Below, piece by piece: positions 1 to 11,029 of a stretch of 64,000 nt of DNA (positions within the stretch are counted from its first letter, which is position 1; every line of letters begins with the position of its first letter). A program made the position numbers and the translations under genes. The notes beneath the pieces are model-generated. The model was given only the letters and a program-made list of their open reading frames with translations, did no database searches and had not been told where the DNA came from. The stretch comes from an uncultured cyanobacterium. Its GTDB lineage: Bacteria; Cyanobacteriota; Cyanobacteriia; Cyanobacteriales; CAWCAG01. The stretch covers positions 864,001 through 928,000 of the forward strand of contig CAWCAG010000005.1 in NCBI GenBank assembly GCA_963793425.1, read 5' to 3'.

Positions 1-675
1 CAGCTAATTTTGTCAGAATTATGTGATAGCCCTGAAGAGGAACGAGAATTCATTGAACAAGCCCATCAATCTGCCCTGAAGCTGATTAAATTAATTGATG
101 AAATTATTCAGGTTTCTAAAGTAGAACACGGTACAAATCGTTTAGAAATACGTCCTGTTGGGTTATCTATAATTCTCAATAGTCTTAGTGGTCTTAATCA
201 TCTTCAGGCAGCTAATAGCAATATTAGACTAGGAGTGATTATCCCTGAATCAGAAGTTTATGTTTTAGCCGACTCCCAATATTTGCTGCAAATTTTGACG
301 CTTTTGGTTGATACTTCCATTGCTTTTATGGATTCAGGTTCTATTTCTGTCTTCGTTTCTCCAGACCAATCAGAGTTTGTAGAAATATTGTTGGAGATAG
401 ATTCAGAAGAAAGGATTTGGTATGAACCTGTAAATTTATTAGAACAAATACCAGAACCAAGTATAGAGGTAGCCCGTTCTTCTTATCAAGAACCCGCTAC
501 AACTCCAGGAATGAAATTGTTGATGGCTCAAACTCTATTAGAACTGATGGGAGGTAAATTAAATATTACTGCAACCCCCCAACAAGAAGAGCCAAATTCA
601 AAACTTACACAGCTACAGTGTTTGCTTCCTCTCGCTTCTGCTGAGGCTGTAAATCTTGAGCTGAAAGAGATGTAG
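1..675 (+). CDS. Histidine-kinase-like protein, C-terminal part (5' end outside window)
   Basis: Frame is open from base 1 (QLILSELCDSPEEEREF...). HisKA helix-2-like LIKLIDEIIQVSKVEHG, plus a degenerate HATPase region (YVLADSQYLLQIL...LLELMGGKL). Confidence 0.75.
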   Translation, partial: QLILSELCDSPEEEREFIEQAHQSALKLIKLIDEIIQVSKVEHGTNRLEIRPVGLSIILNSLSGLNHLQAANSNIRLGVIIPESEVYVLADSQYLLQILTLLVDTSIAFMDSGSISVFVSPDQSEFVEILLEIDSEERIWYEPVNLLEQIPEPSIEVARSSYQEPATTPGMKLLMAQTLLELMGGKLNITATPQQEEPNSKLTQLQCLLPLASAEAVNLELKEM

Positions 676-1092
676 TTGAGTAGGAGTTATGAAGGACCAT
701 GGTAGTAGTGGTATTCTCTTCAAAACCGATATGTTCGTAGAATTTCTGTTGATGAGTTGTCATTAAGTAAACTCTTTCAACTCTACTAAGATGAGGATGA
801 CTTAGTATCGTTTCTACTAATTTTCCTCCCAAACCAATGCCGCGATACTCTGGATGAATGACTACATCCCAGATAGTGGCGCGATAAACTCCATCGGAAG
901 TTGCCCTAGCAAAGCCAATTAAGCGTTCTCCATCCCAGATGCTAATGGCTGGATTACTATTGGCAATGGCAATCTCTAAATCCTCTCTGGTGCGCTCTTT
1001 GCCCAAAATGCACCAAGTTTAAACAAGGAAAGCAGTTGCTGAAAATCTATTTTTGACTTGCGATCGCAGAATTGGATATGACGACAATCCAT
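605..1092 (-). CDS. GNAT N-acetyltransferase, split by a 1-nt frameshift near 1001
   Basis: ATG at 1092 gives MDCRHIQFCDRK...GAFWA. Adding 1 nt joins it to KERTREDLEIAI...IWDVVIHPEYRGIGLG, which carries the acetyl-CoA binding motif. Confidence 0.85.
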
Positions 1093-1205
1093 TTTTAAGC
1101 ACATCCTGATCTTTTAATGTTTCGTTGGCCTCAGCCAGATTAAATTGTAGCTACATTTACAAATTACGCAAGGTTGAATTATAACTTTTGTCAAGAAATC
1201 TTGAC

Positions 1206-1233
1206 AAAAAAACGGGCGTAGAATTCTACACCC
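1206..1233 (-). terminator. Rho-independent terminator after rpmA
   Basis: Minus strand GGGTGTAG-AATT-CTACGCCC followed by G and T7. Confidence 0.8.
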
Positions 1234-1260
1234 ATGACAATTTTGAAAATAACTTACAGT

Positions 1261-1536
1261 TTAAGCTGTAACAGCATCTTGAGTTGCGGGATAGACGCTA
1301 ACTTTTTTGCGGCGTTTATCTTTTCTTTCAAAAGTAACTACACCATCAACCAAAGCAAACAAAGTGTCATCTTTGCCACGACCAACATTACTGCCGGGAT
1401 GATACTTTGTACCGCGCTGGCGTATTAAAATACTGCCAGCAGAAACAGCCTGACCACCATAACGCTTAACCCCTAATCGTTTTGAATTAGAGTCGCGACC
1501 GTTACGAGTACTACCAGTACCTTTCTTATGAGCCAT
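1261..1536 (-). CDS. rpmA: 50S ribosomal protein L27
   Basis: [24 protein letters not shown]; start moved to the ATG at 1536. Confidence 0.99.
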   Translation of the reverse strand: MAHKKGTGSTRNGRDSNSKRLGVKRYGGQAVSAGSILIRQRGTKYHPGSNVGRGKDDTLFALVDGVVTFERKDKRRKKVSVYPATQDAVTA

Positions 1537-1577
1537 TTTTTTCTCCCTTATGTAAGATAACAACTAAATAACAAAAA

Positions 1578-1964
1578 CTATTCTTCTTCCCCAGAAGAAT
1601 CTTGCGCTGTATCTGCTTCTTCGTTAGCTACAGCAGCCAGAACATCTCCATTCATGGTAATAGAATTAATCATTAAGCGGGTTAATTCTTGACGGTGACC
1701 ACGCTTTTTGCGGGTTTTCTTCTTCGGTTTCATTTTATAGACAAGAACTTTACGTCCTCGGCTATGGCTCATGATTGTACCTTCGACAGTAGCGCCTTCA
1801 ACTATAGGCTGACCGATGGTAACTTCATCATCATGGTTGACGAGTAAAACCTGATCAATGTTGTAACTACTATCTTCTTCGCCAGCAAGACGATTTATGT
1901 CATAAAAACGACCGGGTTCAACTTTTAGTTGACTTCCCCCGATCTCAATAATTGCGTAAGTCAT
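1578..1964 (-). CDS. rplU: 50S ribosomal protein L21
   Basis: [16 protein letters not shown]...[11 protein letters not shown]; directly upstream of rpmA. Confidence 0.99.
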   Translation of the reverse strand: MTYAIIEIGGSQLKVEPGRFYDINRLAGEEDSSYNIDQVLLVNHDDEVTIGQPIVEGATVEGTIMSHSRGRKVLVYKMKPKKKTRKKRGHRQELTRLMINSITMNGDVLAAVANEEADTAQDSSGEEE

Positions 1965-1983
1965 GGGATTTTTTGTAAATTAA

Positions 1984-2067
1984 GTTGCCGTACAGGTAGC
2001 AAAAACTATCTGTTTTTACTTTCTTAATGTCGTGAACCTGATCCGAGCAGGAGTTAGACACACAGTC
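1984..2067 (-). promoter_or_regulatory. Putative structured 5' leader of rplU-rpmA
   Basis: On the minus strand TGCTCGGATCAGGT can pair with ACCTGTACGGCA across an AT-rich loop; ends about 20 nt before the start codon. Confidence 0.45.
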
Positions 2068-2306
2068 TTCAATATTCTTCTATTGGCGGTAGTAATGTCA
2101 ACTACTGAGAAACTGTGGAACGAACATTATCTGCTCTAAAAGCAGAAATGAAACCTAATCACAATACTAAATGAAAATCTGTTATTGCTGAAGGATTCAA
2201 AAAGCCCTTAATTTCGACAGCAATTTTCTCTCCCTGGATGTTCGTAATATTCATTATGCGTTTCTCTAGCTAGGATAGAAATATTAATAACCATCGCTAA
2301 TTCTCT

Positions 2307-3053
2307 ATGTTGCTACATCTATGTACTTGGCAAGAAGTGGAGGCATATCTCAAAAAATCTCCAGGTATCATTATTCCTATCGGTTCAACAGAACAACATG
2401 GCCCTACGGGATTAATTGGTACGGATGCCATTTGTGCTGAGGTGATCGCTAAAGGAGTGGGAGAAGCAACTGAAGCTTTGGTAGGGCCAACAATCAATGT
2501 TGGTATGGCTCTTCATCACACCAACTTCCCTGGTAGTATTAGCCTACGGCCAAGCACCCTCATTCAAGTAGTGGAAGACTATGTTACTTGTTTGGTCAAC
2601 TCAGGATTTACCCATTTCTTTTTTATTAATGGTCATGGGGGAAATATGGCTACTTTGAAAGCAGCTTTTGCAGAAACTTATTACAACTTATCCCATACCA
2701 ACTTAGATAATACTGAAAAAGTGAAGTGTAAGTTAGGTAACTGGTTTATGTGTAGATCAGTTTATCAATTAGCCAGAAAACTCTATGGCGCTCGCGAAGG
2801 TTCCCACGCTACTCCTAGCGAGGTAGCTTTAACTCAATATGTCTACCCCGATATGATTAAAGAAGCGCTTCTATCTCCAGAAGTTGCTTCCGGACATCCT
2901 ATTTATAGTGCGGCTAACTTCCGCCTCCGCTACCCTGATGGGCGCATGGGTTCTGATCCTAGCTTAGCAACCCCAGAAAGAGGGCAGCAGTTTTATGAGT
3001 TAGCTGTTCAAGATTTAAGCAAAACTTATACAGAGTTTTTGCAACAGGAATAA
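2307..3053 (+). CDS. Creatininase family protein
   Basis: PIGSTEQHGP, NGHGGN and HA..SE motifs. Confidence 0.93.
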   Translation: MLLHLCTWQEVEAYLKKSPGIIIPIGSTEQHGPTGLIGTDAICAEVIAKGVGEATEALVGPTINVGMALHHTNFPGSISLRPSTLIQVVEDYVTCLVNSGFTHFFFINGHGGNMATLKAAFAETYYNLSHTNLDNTEKVKCKLGNWFMCRSVYQLARKLYGAREGSHATPSEVALTQYVYPDMIKEALLSPEVASGHPIYSAANFRLRYPDGRMGSDPSLATPERGQQFYELAVQDLSKTYTEFLQQE

Positions 3054-3075
3054 TTCCCCAGCCATACCATTAATA

Positions 3076-4371
3076 TCAAAAAATAAACCCTAACTTTAAC
3101 TGCCAGTTTTGCTCTTCAGTACGAATAATCTCAATTTTTTGTAGAAACTCACGAAAATAAAATCTTCGTTCTGCTTCAGATAAATCTAACCAAAATTGGG
3201 GCAAAGATACAGCTTGGGCGATCGCTTGTAAATTAACAGGAGGGAGTTGAGCTAATTTGGCTTTAATTTGAGCAATTTCTTGATTCAATTTGTAGCGACG
3301 CAAAGCAACAGTTTCTTCATCGAAGATACCTTGTTCTTGTAAGGTAGGTAGCTGAAGTATAATCTCTTCTTTTGTGGCGATATCTCCTTGAAGACTTTGT
3401 TTAATACCTTCTAAATTAGGGCCTTTCATTTGTGCCACAGCTAAAGGGAGTTCCTGACAAATGAGTTCAATAGTTTGTTGAAGAACTTTTTGATAAGCGA
3501 TCGCTTTACATTTAGGTTTTTGGGGGCAACTAATCGGACGTAAATAAAGGTAGTTATATTTTTTATTTCTGGTTGTAACTTGGGTAATCGTCATCGCTGA
3601 GGTGCATTGCTGACAAACCACTAAACCGGCCAAAGAACGAGGCGCACTGGCTGTACGGGTTGCCAGAAAGCTATTCCGACGCAATAAACGGTCAATTTGA
3701 GCAGCTTCTTCTGAGGAGATAATGGCTATATGGGTATTAGTGATAACTTCACCACTTTTATAAGCTAAATCACCGCGATAAACTGGGTTTGTTAACCAGC
3801 GCTTTCCTGTAGTAACAGAAATTTTCTTACCATATTTATTCTCTAAATAGCGTACTGCTCCCCGCAGAGAACCATAAATTAAAAAACGTTCAAAAAACTC
3901 TTTTACCACTGGTGCTGTACTGCGATCAATGATATAACGGTCTTTGCCACGACGATAGCCATAAGGAGCTTTCCCTGGAGGGGGTAAAGCTTTGAGGCGG
4001 TTGCGGGCATGGCCTTGGCGCAGACGATGGCAATTTTGGTTCTTGGTAATCTCGGCTGCGAGTTGCCACAAATTCCCTTGCTGTTCCCCTTCTACAGAAC
4101 TATAAGGTTGTTCTGTGGCGATAACCTCAATATCCATCTTTGCCAACTTTGTGAGGCGATCGCTCACTTCTTCTAAAGATGTTCCTAACTCTTCTAAGCG
4201 GCGAATAAGAAGATATTCAGGAGATTCATCTTCACAGTCCAAAAACATTTGTTCAAGCTGTTGCCGTTCCCCTAAGTCTTGATAAACTCTATCTATCTCT
4301 AAGCCCCATATTTCTGGCTCTGGGGAAGGCTCTAGTAAAGGATCGCTATAGATATAAGCGAAGATTTTCAT
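3076..4371 (-). CDS. Large serine recombinase-like protein with degenerate catalytic domain
   Basis: PPGKAPYGY, LTNPVYRG, HIAIIS.EE and a zinc ribbon (LAGLVVCQQC), followed by coiled coil. The N-terminus lacks the canonical YxRxS. Confidence 0.85.
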   Translation of the reverse strand: MKIFAYIYSDPLLEPSPEPEIWGLEIDRVYQDLGERQQLEQMFLDCEDESPEYLLIRRLEELGTSLEEVSDRLTKLAKMDIEVIATEQPYSSVEGEQQGNLWQLAAEITKNQNCHRLRQGHARNRLKALPPPGKAPYGYRRGKDRYIIDRSTAPVVKEFFERFLIYGSLRGAVRYLENKYGKKISVTTGKRWLTNPVYRGDLAYKSGEVITNTHIAIISSEEAAQIDRLLRRNSFLATRTASAPRSLAGLVVCQQCTSAMTITQVTTRNKKYNYLYLRPISCPQKPKCKAIAYQKVLQQTIELICQELPLAVAQMKGPNLEGIKQSLQGDIATKEEIILQLPTLQEQGIFDEETVALRRYKLNQEIAQIKAKLAQLPPVNLQAIAQAVSLPQFWLDLSEAERRFYFREFLQKIEIIRTEEQNWQLKLGFIF

Positions 4372-4705
4372 TGCTAACCGATGAGCTTAAAAGAATCTGG
4401 AATTCTATTTAGGACAAATAAATTATGATTCTGGGGAAAATTTCTACCTTTGGTTAGTCTACAACTTCCAGGAAAAAACTTAAAACTTCTCACAAGCAAA
4501 AAAAATAGTGACACGACAAATCCAACCTTCTGGTTCAACCAAAAATCTTTTTTATACCGCGTCACTAATCAATAACATTTGCTCCTAAACGTATTATTTG
4601 CCTACTCTTAGCTATTAAACAACGGCCAAATGTCGCAAAGGCAAGCACTTTTTCTCAGCACTTTGGCGTATACAAAGTAGCTAATAGCACTAGATATTGC
4701 TTCTT

Positions 4706-5230
4706 TTACTGAACTGCTTCTACTTGGGCTTGAGAAAAGTAAAGCCAATTATTGCAACTTGAATCAGCACACTTAGCTTCGAGTGCAAAACTCTTAGCTT
4801 CGTTAGTACCTACCAACAAATTCTTGATTTCTCCTGGTACTACTGTTTCTGAGGCAAACATTAGTCCATCCAAATAGAGATTAACGGTAATAGGGCTGCT
4901 TTTAGCTTGGGCATCATGGATACCAAACTGAAGTTTTAATAGAAGTCCGCCACTATTTATCTCTGGTAGTTTACAAGTCATTGCTGCCCCAGGGTAAGCT
5001 CGCATAACTCCATTGAGAAACTGTCTATTAACAGAAAAATAATTCCTAGTTGCTTCAAAATCATTACTTTTTTTACCATCAATATCTACACAAGGTAGAT
5101 CCAGCAAAAAAGCGGCTTCTTGGGCAGCTAAGGCAGAACTTTGTGTAACTACCAAAACAACAGAGGCGATCGCCGCAGCGAGAAATTTAACAGGTTGCAT
5201 AAACAAGCTAAAGGTTTTAGGTTTAAACAT
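4706..5230 (-). CDS. Secreted hypothetical protein, NPCBM/NEW2-like beta domain
   Basis: Signal peptide ending SALA; LQFGIHD...VNLYLDG...VVPGE pattern. Confidence 0.55.
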   Translation of the reverse strand: MFKPKTFSLFMQPVKFLAAAIASVVLVVTQSSALAAQEAAFLLDLPCVDIDGKKSNDFEATRNYFSVNRQFLNGVMRAYPGAAMTCKLPEINSGGLLLKLQFGIHDAQAKSSPITVNLYLDGLMFASETVVPGEIKNLLVGTNEAKSFALEAKCADSSCNNWLYFSQAQVEAVQ

Positions 5231-5402
5231 TCTCTAATTTGAGATTTAGAGTTTTAAAAGTTTAACTTTTCTTACAAGCTTGATTTTAGGCGATTTAAGT
5301 ATGAATTAACTATGGGCATTTGGGGAATGATTGATTTAACATCAAAGCAGTCAACAAAATGTTCCTCGCCAATTCATCATTTAACTGTCTAATCAGCTTC
5401 CT

Positions 5403-7712
5403 ATGACCAAGCAGTCGGTTGATAACATAGTTTCCTCATCCCTGGAAACCCTCAAGCCCACATTGGACTTGCCAACGAATTTATTAGATTTAACTGGTGC
5501 TTTGGTGACAGTTTTAGATCCTTCAGGATATATTGTTTACAGCAATCTAGCCTGTAGCAATTTGAGCGGTTATTCTTCTCAAGAACTGTTAGGACAGCAT
5601 ATTTGGGAATTACTTTCTTCTTCTTGCCCCAGAGAATCGTTGCAAAAAGATTTTTCTCAATTGAACTTGAAACAATTTCCTGTTCGACAAGAAAATTCCT
5701 GGCTAACCAAACAAGGAGAAACAAAGTGGATCGCTTGGACGAACAATACTTGTTTAGACGAGAATGGCAAAACAGAATACATTGTTGCTACAGGTATTGA
5801 TATTACCCACCGCAAGCTTGCAGAAGTAGAATTGCAAAATCAATGCAATCTTCTCCAATCAGTAATTCAAGCTACTCCAGATGCGGTTTTTGTTAAAGAT
5901 TTACAAGGTAACTTTCAACTAATCAACGAACCTTTTGCCCACCTGTTCAACAAAAAAGTTGAAGATATTATTGGGAAACATATCAGTTCTATTTTCCCTC
6001 CCGAAGTATGCGTACAATTGAAAGTAGATGATGCCCAAATCATTGCCTCTGGCCAGCCAGAGACTTTTGAAGAAAATGTCTTTATTCAAGGGGAATGGTG
6101 TACTTATCTAACAACGAAAGCTCCTTACCGTGACACAGAAGGTAATGTTCTTGGTGTAGCTGGTTTTGCCAAAGATGTTAATTACCTCAAACAAATTCAA
6201 AAACAGTTAAAGGAAGCAAATGGAGAATTGGAAAAAAGGGTACAGGAACGTACTAAAGAATTGCAAAAAGCTAATCAACAATTGCAACGTTATGTAGAAA
6301 ATTCCCCCATGGCTGTGGTGGAATGGAATAATGAATTTTGTATCCAAGTTTGGTCGCCAGCGGCAGAACAAATGTTTGGTTGGCAAGAACAGGAAGTTTC
6401 CGATAAATGTCTTTTTAAATGGCGATTTTTCCATGAAGAAGACATGGAAATCATCCAAGATACCGCCCAAGCTTTACTTGATGGTGAACAAAAGAGTGAA
6501 GTTAATTCTATTCGCAACTATACCAAAACAGGTAAACTAATTCACTGCGAATGGTATCACTCCGTATTATTCGACGAAACTGGTGAATTTATTTCCATAC
6601 TCTCTTTAATATTAGATGTCAGCGAACGTAAACAAGCCCAAGAAGTGCGAGATCGCTTTTTCGATTTGTCTATGGATATGCTGACCATTGCTAGCAATCA
6701 AGGCTACTTCCTGCAAGTAAATTCAGCAGTAACCAGAATTCTTGGTTATACTCCCCAAGAGTTTATCGCCAAGCCTTATCTTGAGATAATTCATCCTGAA
6801 GATAAGGAAGCAACTTTAGCTGAAGCAAATAAGCTTTTATCTGGTGTTCCCACTCTCTATTTTGAGAATCGCTATCTTAGCCAGGATGGTACTTACAAAT
6901 CTTTAGCTTGGACATCTGTTGCTGTACCAACTGAAGGTATCATGTATGGTGTTGCTCGCGACATTACAGAACGTAAGGAAGCAGAAGCAGCCCTGGAACG
7001 AGCTAACCAAGAATTAGCCCGTTCTAACCAAGAATTAGACCAATTTGCCTCCGTTGCTTCCCATGACTTGCGTGAACCCCTACGTAAAGTTCAAAGTTTT
7101 GCTGAACTTTTAGCAGAAGGATATAGCGATCGCCTTGATGGAAGCGCAGAAAAATATTTGAACTACATTGTAGACGGGGCCCAGAGGATGCAGATCATGA
7201 TCCAAGACCTCTTAACCTATTCTCGTTTAGGCAGGAATGAGATTGCTTTAAAACCAACAAATTTAGAAAAAGTTCTTAAACTAGTTGCTGATGATTTGAG
7301 TATTACTATTGAAGAACATCAGGCCCAAATAGTTTGGGAAAACCTGCCTACAGTACAAGCAAATCCATCAGAGATGATGCAATTATTCCAGAATCTGATT
7401 AGCAATGGGATTAAATTTCATGGCGAAGCAACACCACGAATTAATATTAAAGCTCAACTGCAAAAGAAAAAATGGCTAATCTCTGTTCAAGATAATGGTA
7501 TTGGTATTAATCCTAAGTTTACTGAGCGCATTTTTGTCCTTTTCCAAAGATTGCATAGTCGCAAGAAATATCCAGGTACAGGAATTGGTTTAGCTGTTTG
7601 TCGTAAAATTGTTGAGCATCATGGCGGAAAAATTTGGATAGAGTCTGAGGTTGGGCAAGGGACAACTTTTTACTTTACTTTACCGAAGTACCAAGTTAAT
7701 GATAAATGTTAA
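5403..7712 (+). CDS. Multi-PAS sensor histidine kinase
   Basis: Four PAS/PAC repeats, H-box ASHDLREPL, N-box NLISNGIKF, G-boxes DNGIGI and GTGIGL. Confidence 0.95.
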   Translation: MTKQSVDNIVSSSLETLKPTLDLPTNLLDLTGALVTVLDPSGYIVYSNLACSNLSGYSSQELLGQHIWELLSSSCPRESLQKDFSQLNLKQFPVRQENSWLTKQGETKWIAWTNNTCLDENGKTEYIVATGIDITHRKLAEVELQNQCNLLQSVIQATPDAVFVKDLQGNFQLINEPFAHLFNKKVEDIIGKHISSIFPPEVCVQLKVDDAQIIASGQPETFEENVFIQGEWCTYLTTKAPYRDTEGNVLGVAGFAKDVNYLKQIQKQLKEANGELEKRVQERTKELQKANQQLQRYVENSPMAVVEWNNEFCIQVWSPAAEQMFGWQEQEVSDKCLFKWRFFHEEDMEIIQDTAQALLDGEQKSEVNSIRNYTKTGKLIHCEWYHSVLFDETGEFISILSLILDVSERKQAQEVRDRFFDLSMDMLTIASNQGYFLQVNSAVTRILGYTPQEFIAKPYLEIIHPEDKEATLAEANKLLSGVPTLYFENRYLSQDGTYKSLAWTSVAVPTEGIMYGVARDITERKEAEAALERANQELARSNQELDQFASVASHDLREPLRKVQSFAELLAEGYSDRLDGSAEKYLNYIVDGAQRMQIMIQDLLTYSRLGRNEIALKPTNLEKVLKLVADDLSITIEEHQAQIVWENLPTVQANPSEMMQLFQNLISNGIKFHGEATPRINIKAQLQKKKWLISVQDNGIGINPKFTERIFVLFQRLHSRKKYPGTGIGLAVCRKIVEHHGGKIWIESEVGQGTTFYFTLPKYQVNDKC

Positions 7713-7718
7713 ATGAAA

Positions 7719-9358
7719 TTACCAACTAACTCTACCATCTAACTTTTGTTGAGAACTTGGCCGATACCGGATACTCTTTGTAAATCTTCTAGGGATGTAA
7801 AAGGTTGTTCTTGACGAGTGGCAATGATACGTTGGGCTAAAGCTGGGCCGATTCCTGGTAAAGTTTCTAATTCTTTTTGTGTAGCAGTGTTGAGGTTAAC
7901 TAAACCTGAAACAGCATTAGGAGAAGAAACAGTAGTTATTTGAGAACAAGCTTCTTCTTCTGCCTTGATTTTCTCCTGTAGTTTGACGGGAATACCTAAT
8001 ATAGCTGGGGCATATAAACGCTCGAATTCTCTAGAAAAGTGAGCGGCAATGACCGGATTTTCTAAAATTAAAACTGTCTCATCATTGTTATGATTAGCCG
8101 CAGCAGACCAATTATGGGAACCTGTAATCACATTTTTACCATCTATCACAGCCATTTTATGATGTAATTTATCTCCCTCAGCTAATTGTGGTACACCAAC
8201 ATCAGCAATAGGTGTTTGCCAAGGACGATTATTCGCTTCATATTGGCATTTTTGACTTAAAGCAATTCCCAACATATCTAAGCCCTCACTGTAGTTGCGA
8301 AAGGCGAAACTGGGGTCAATTAAACTACTAACTTCAACCCCTTGTTTGTGGCGAGTTTCTAAGACATTAACTAGCTGCTGTTCAGTGAAAACGAAAAGAG
8401 CTAAATTTACTGATTCAGTGCTACTAGCTAAGGTTTTAGCAATTAAGCCATTACTGCTACTCTGCCAAGGCTGGCTAGGGGAGGTGGGAGAAAATTGTAC
8501 AGTTACTTTGGTGTTGCCAATGGTAACTTGTTGGGGAGGGCGAGGGGGCTTTTGTAAACCAAACTTACTATCAGGTTTTCCTGCGGGGCCATCTCCCCAC
8601 ATTAAATTAAACTCTTGGGTAAAGATTTGGGCAAGTTGAGGATTATTAATTTTCAGTAAGTTGTTAGCATTACCACGACTGTCGGGATTGCTAAAGTCTC
8701 CATGTATCCCACTAGTAGTAAAGTTTGCTGAACCCGTCACCACTGTTTGCCCATCCACAACCACAAACTTATGGTGCATCAAATCACTACCTTCAGAACC
8801 ATCAGCAGTATCATCAATTAAGGGAACCCCAGCATTACGCAACATAACCAAAGCATCCCCTTGATTAATTTCCTCGTTGCTAAGCTTCTTATCCTGATTT
8901 TGATCTACCAAAGCAACAAATTCTTGATAACTCCCCCGTTCCCTTGGCTCTAATTTGGTAACTTCTGCGGGGGTTAAATCGCTCCAAGGACGATTGTAGC
9001 TATTCTCAATAATCACCCTAACCTGGACCCCAGCTTGATGTTTTTCATAGAGCGATCGCGCCACACCCGGCAACCGCAATTCTTGGACAGCGATATCAAT
9101 GCTAGATTGAGCAGAATTAATCGTGTCAATAATAACTTGCTCTAAATTATCCCCAGGACGAGTTATTTTACGGTAAGGTTCTTGATAATTTGCGCCTTGA
9201 GCTTGATTATGATTAAAATAAGCCTGAATAAAAGTATCTTGGGGTAATGGCGGGGGGCGATCGCTTTTAACCTCTTCTTGTTTAGGACAACTTCTCAAGA
9301 AAAATAAAAAGGCAATTAAGGCTAAAGGTAGTAGTAAGAAAAGACGACGCACTCTCAT
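7719..9358 (-). CDS. comA: ComA-type competence protein (two PLD nuclease domains plus C-terminal ComEA helix-hairpin-helix); frameshift near 7760 alters the last residues
   Basis: Two HKD motifs (HHKFVVVD, HHKMAVID) and VNLNTATQKELETLPGIGP. Adding one C restores GIGPSSQQKLDGRVSW* with stop at 7719. Confidence 0.85.
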
Positions 9359-9364
9359 GGAAAA

Positions 9365-9416
9365 TAGGGAGTAGGGAGTAGGGAGTAGGGAGTAGGGAGT
9401 AGGGAGTAGGGAGTAG
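9365..9416. repeat. STRR heptamer array (TAGGGAG)7
   Basis: Perfect tandem repeat; the same unit occurs near 20915-20938 and 62992-63019. Confidence 0.95.
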
Positions 9417-9466
9417 AAATATAGCTAATATAAGCTAATTCAATAATAAATGTTTAATGTTTAATG

Positions 9467-10984
9467 TTAACCAAGCCAAGCTACATCTAAATAATTAATT
9501 CGAGCAAAAGGTTCTAAAGCCGCTAGAACTTCGCTGCCATAACTACGGTGGTTAACTCTATTATCTAACAATGCTACACCTCCCCCTGCTTCCCTAACTG
9601 GAATTACCGCTAATTGTAATTCTCTTACTGCCTCTGGCAAAAGATAGAGACGAAACCAGTCTTGACGCTGGCTTTTATAGTAAGCAACTCGGCTAGCTAC
9701 TAGGGGATTTTCTAAAGAAGGAATGGGTAAAGTAGCAATAACTAAAAGTTGGGGAGTAGGTAATTTATCTTGATAGTTACGCCAAAATTCCCAACCACAA
9801 ACTAAAATATTGTTGTCTTCGCATTCAGGGAAAACTGTCTTTTCCACCTGAACTTTAGAACCAAATTCTGAAGCTAAAATTGTAGCTATTTGCGCTTTTA
9901 AAGGTACATCCCCAATAAGAATAACAATGGGTTTTTGTAAGTTACTGCTTAATCTCACTAAAGCCCTAACTTGATGGGTTAAAGCATATTTATATTGAGG
10001 ATTATTAGGTAAAGGCAACCTTTCTGGTAAATAAAGGGGAAGTTCCCGATAACTGTTGGGGGGAAATTTCAAACAGGTTAAATCAGCCAAACCAACTCTT
10101 TGACGATAGGCTTCAGCTTGAGTATCCCGGTCTAAGGCCTTACCAATTAAAATAAAAGGTTGTTGCTGCCAAACCTGGCTAAGCATGGGGGCTACGGAAC
10201 CCGGTGCTATATGGAGGGTAAATTGCCCTTTTTCCCTAACTACAAAAGTCCGCAGCATATAATTATCACTTTGCCAACGCTGCCAAAATTTCTCTATTTT
10301 GCTAGGTAACTGTTTAAAAGCAGCTAAATTGCTTAGTAAATTCCTTAAACTTTCTTGCTCTTCACTATCTAATAAATAACATTCATAGGGATTTTGGGGA
10401 CGAGAAAAAATTGCTTTGGTAAGCTGAATGCGTACATTACGAATTTGCTCAACTTGGGCAACATAGTTAAGCATTAATTCTTCCCATTCCTGGCTACTGA
10501 GATAATGGGTTAGCTGATGTCGAGTCAATTCTTCTAATTCGTTGCCGCCATCAATGAGGGTAGGTATATTTTTGGGAAAGCGTCCTTGATTATGGAGGCG
10601 ATCTTCTAACCAAGAAGAAATGGTTGTGAGTAAAATTCCCGAAAAATTCTCTGCTTCTAACCAGCGATCGCCTGCTTTAAATTCTCGTTTAGTTTCTAAC
10701 CAAGCTTGTAAGGGAGGAATAACTTCTGCAATTAATCTTTGTTGTTCTTGAGAAGTGGTAACTAAGATAACTGGGCCATGCCACAATAAAGCATTGGTGA
10801 GGTAACTTAAAGCATATTGTTCTGTAGTTGTTCCTGTTTGGATTAAGGCCGGACGACCTAAACGCAAAGCCCGTGCCACTAATCTTGCCATGGTTAAATA
10901 GTGAGGCCAATTAGATTCACCTCGTTGGCGTAAAAAATTCCGTAGGGAAGAATGGACTTGTACCTCCAGCACTTTTGCTACCAA
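9467..10984 (-). CDS. DinG/YoaA-like helicase family protein (cyanobacterial, degenerate N-terminal motifs)
   Basis: C-terminal helicase_C_2-like LLVIATLPIP...GVALLDNRV...YG; conserved N-terminal EVQVHSSLRNFLR...WPHYLTMARLVARALRLGR. Confidence 0.8.
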   Translation of the reverse strand: MVAKVLEVQVHSSLRNFLRQRGESNWPHYLTMARLVARALRLGRPALIQTGTTTEQYALSYLTNALLWHGPVILVTTSQEQQRLIAEVIPPLQAWLETKREFKAGDRWLEAENFSGILLTTISSWLEDRLHNQGRFPKNIPTLIDGGNELEELTRHQLTHYLSSQEWEELMLNYVAQVEQIRNVRIQLTKAIFSRPQNPYECYLLDSEEQESLRNLLSNLAAFKQLPSKIEKFWQRWQSDNYMLRTFVVREKGQFTLHIAPGSVAPMLSQVWQQQPFILIGKALDRDTQAEAYRQRVGLADLTCLKFPPNSYRELPLYLPERLPLPNNPQYKYALTHQVRALVRLSSNLQKPIVILIGDVPLKAQIATILASEFGSKVQVEKTVFPECEDNNILVCGWEFWRNYQDKLPTPQLLVIATLPIPSLENPLVASRVAYYKSQRQDWFRLYLLPEAVRELQLAVIPVREAGGGVALLDNRVNHRSYGSEVLAALEPFARINYLDVAWLG

Positions 10985-11029
10985 TCCTAAAATTGTTCAT
11001 TATTAATTTAATCTAAGTTGGCTAATAAG

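Noticed and set aside
3076..7712. Recombinase-bounded excision element or prophage
   Set aside because: No interrupted gene, att repeats or phage genes; the recombinase is catalytically degenerate and HIP1-rich.
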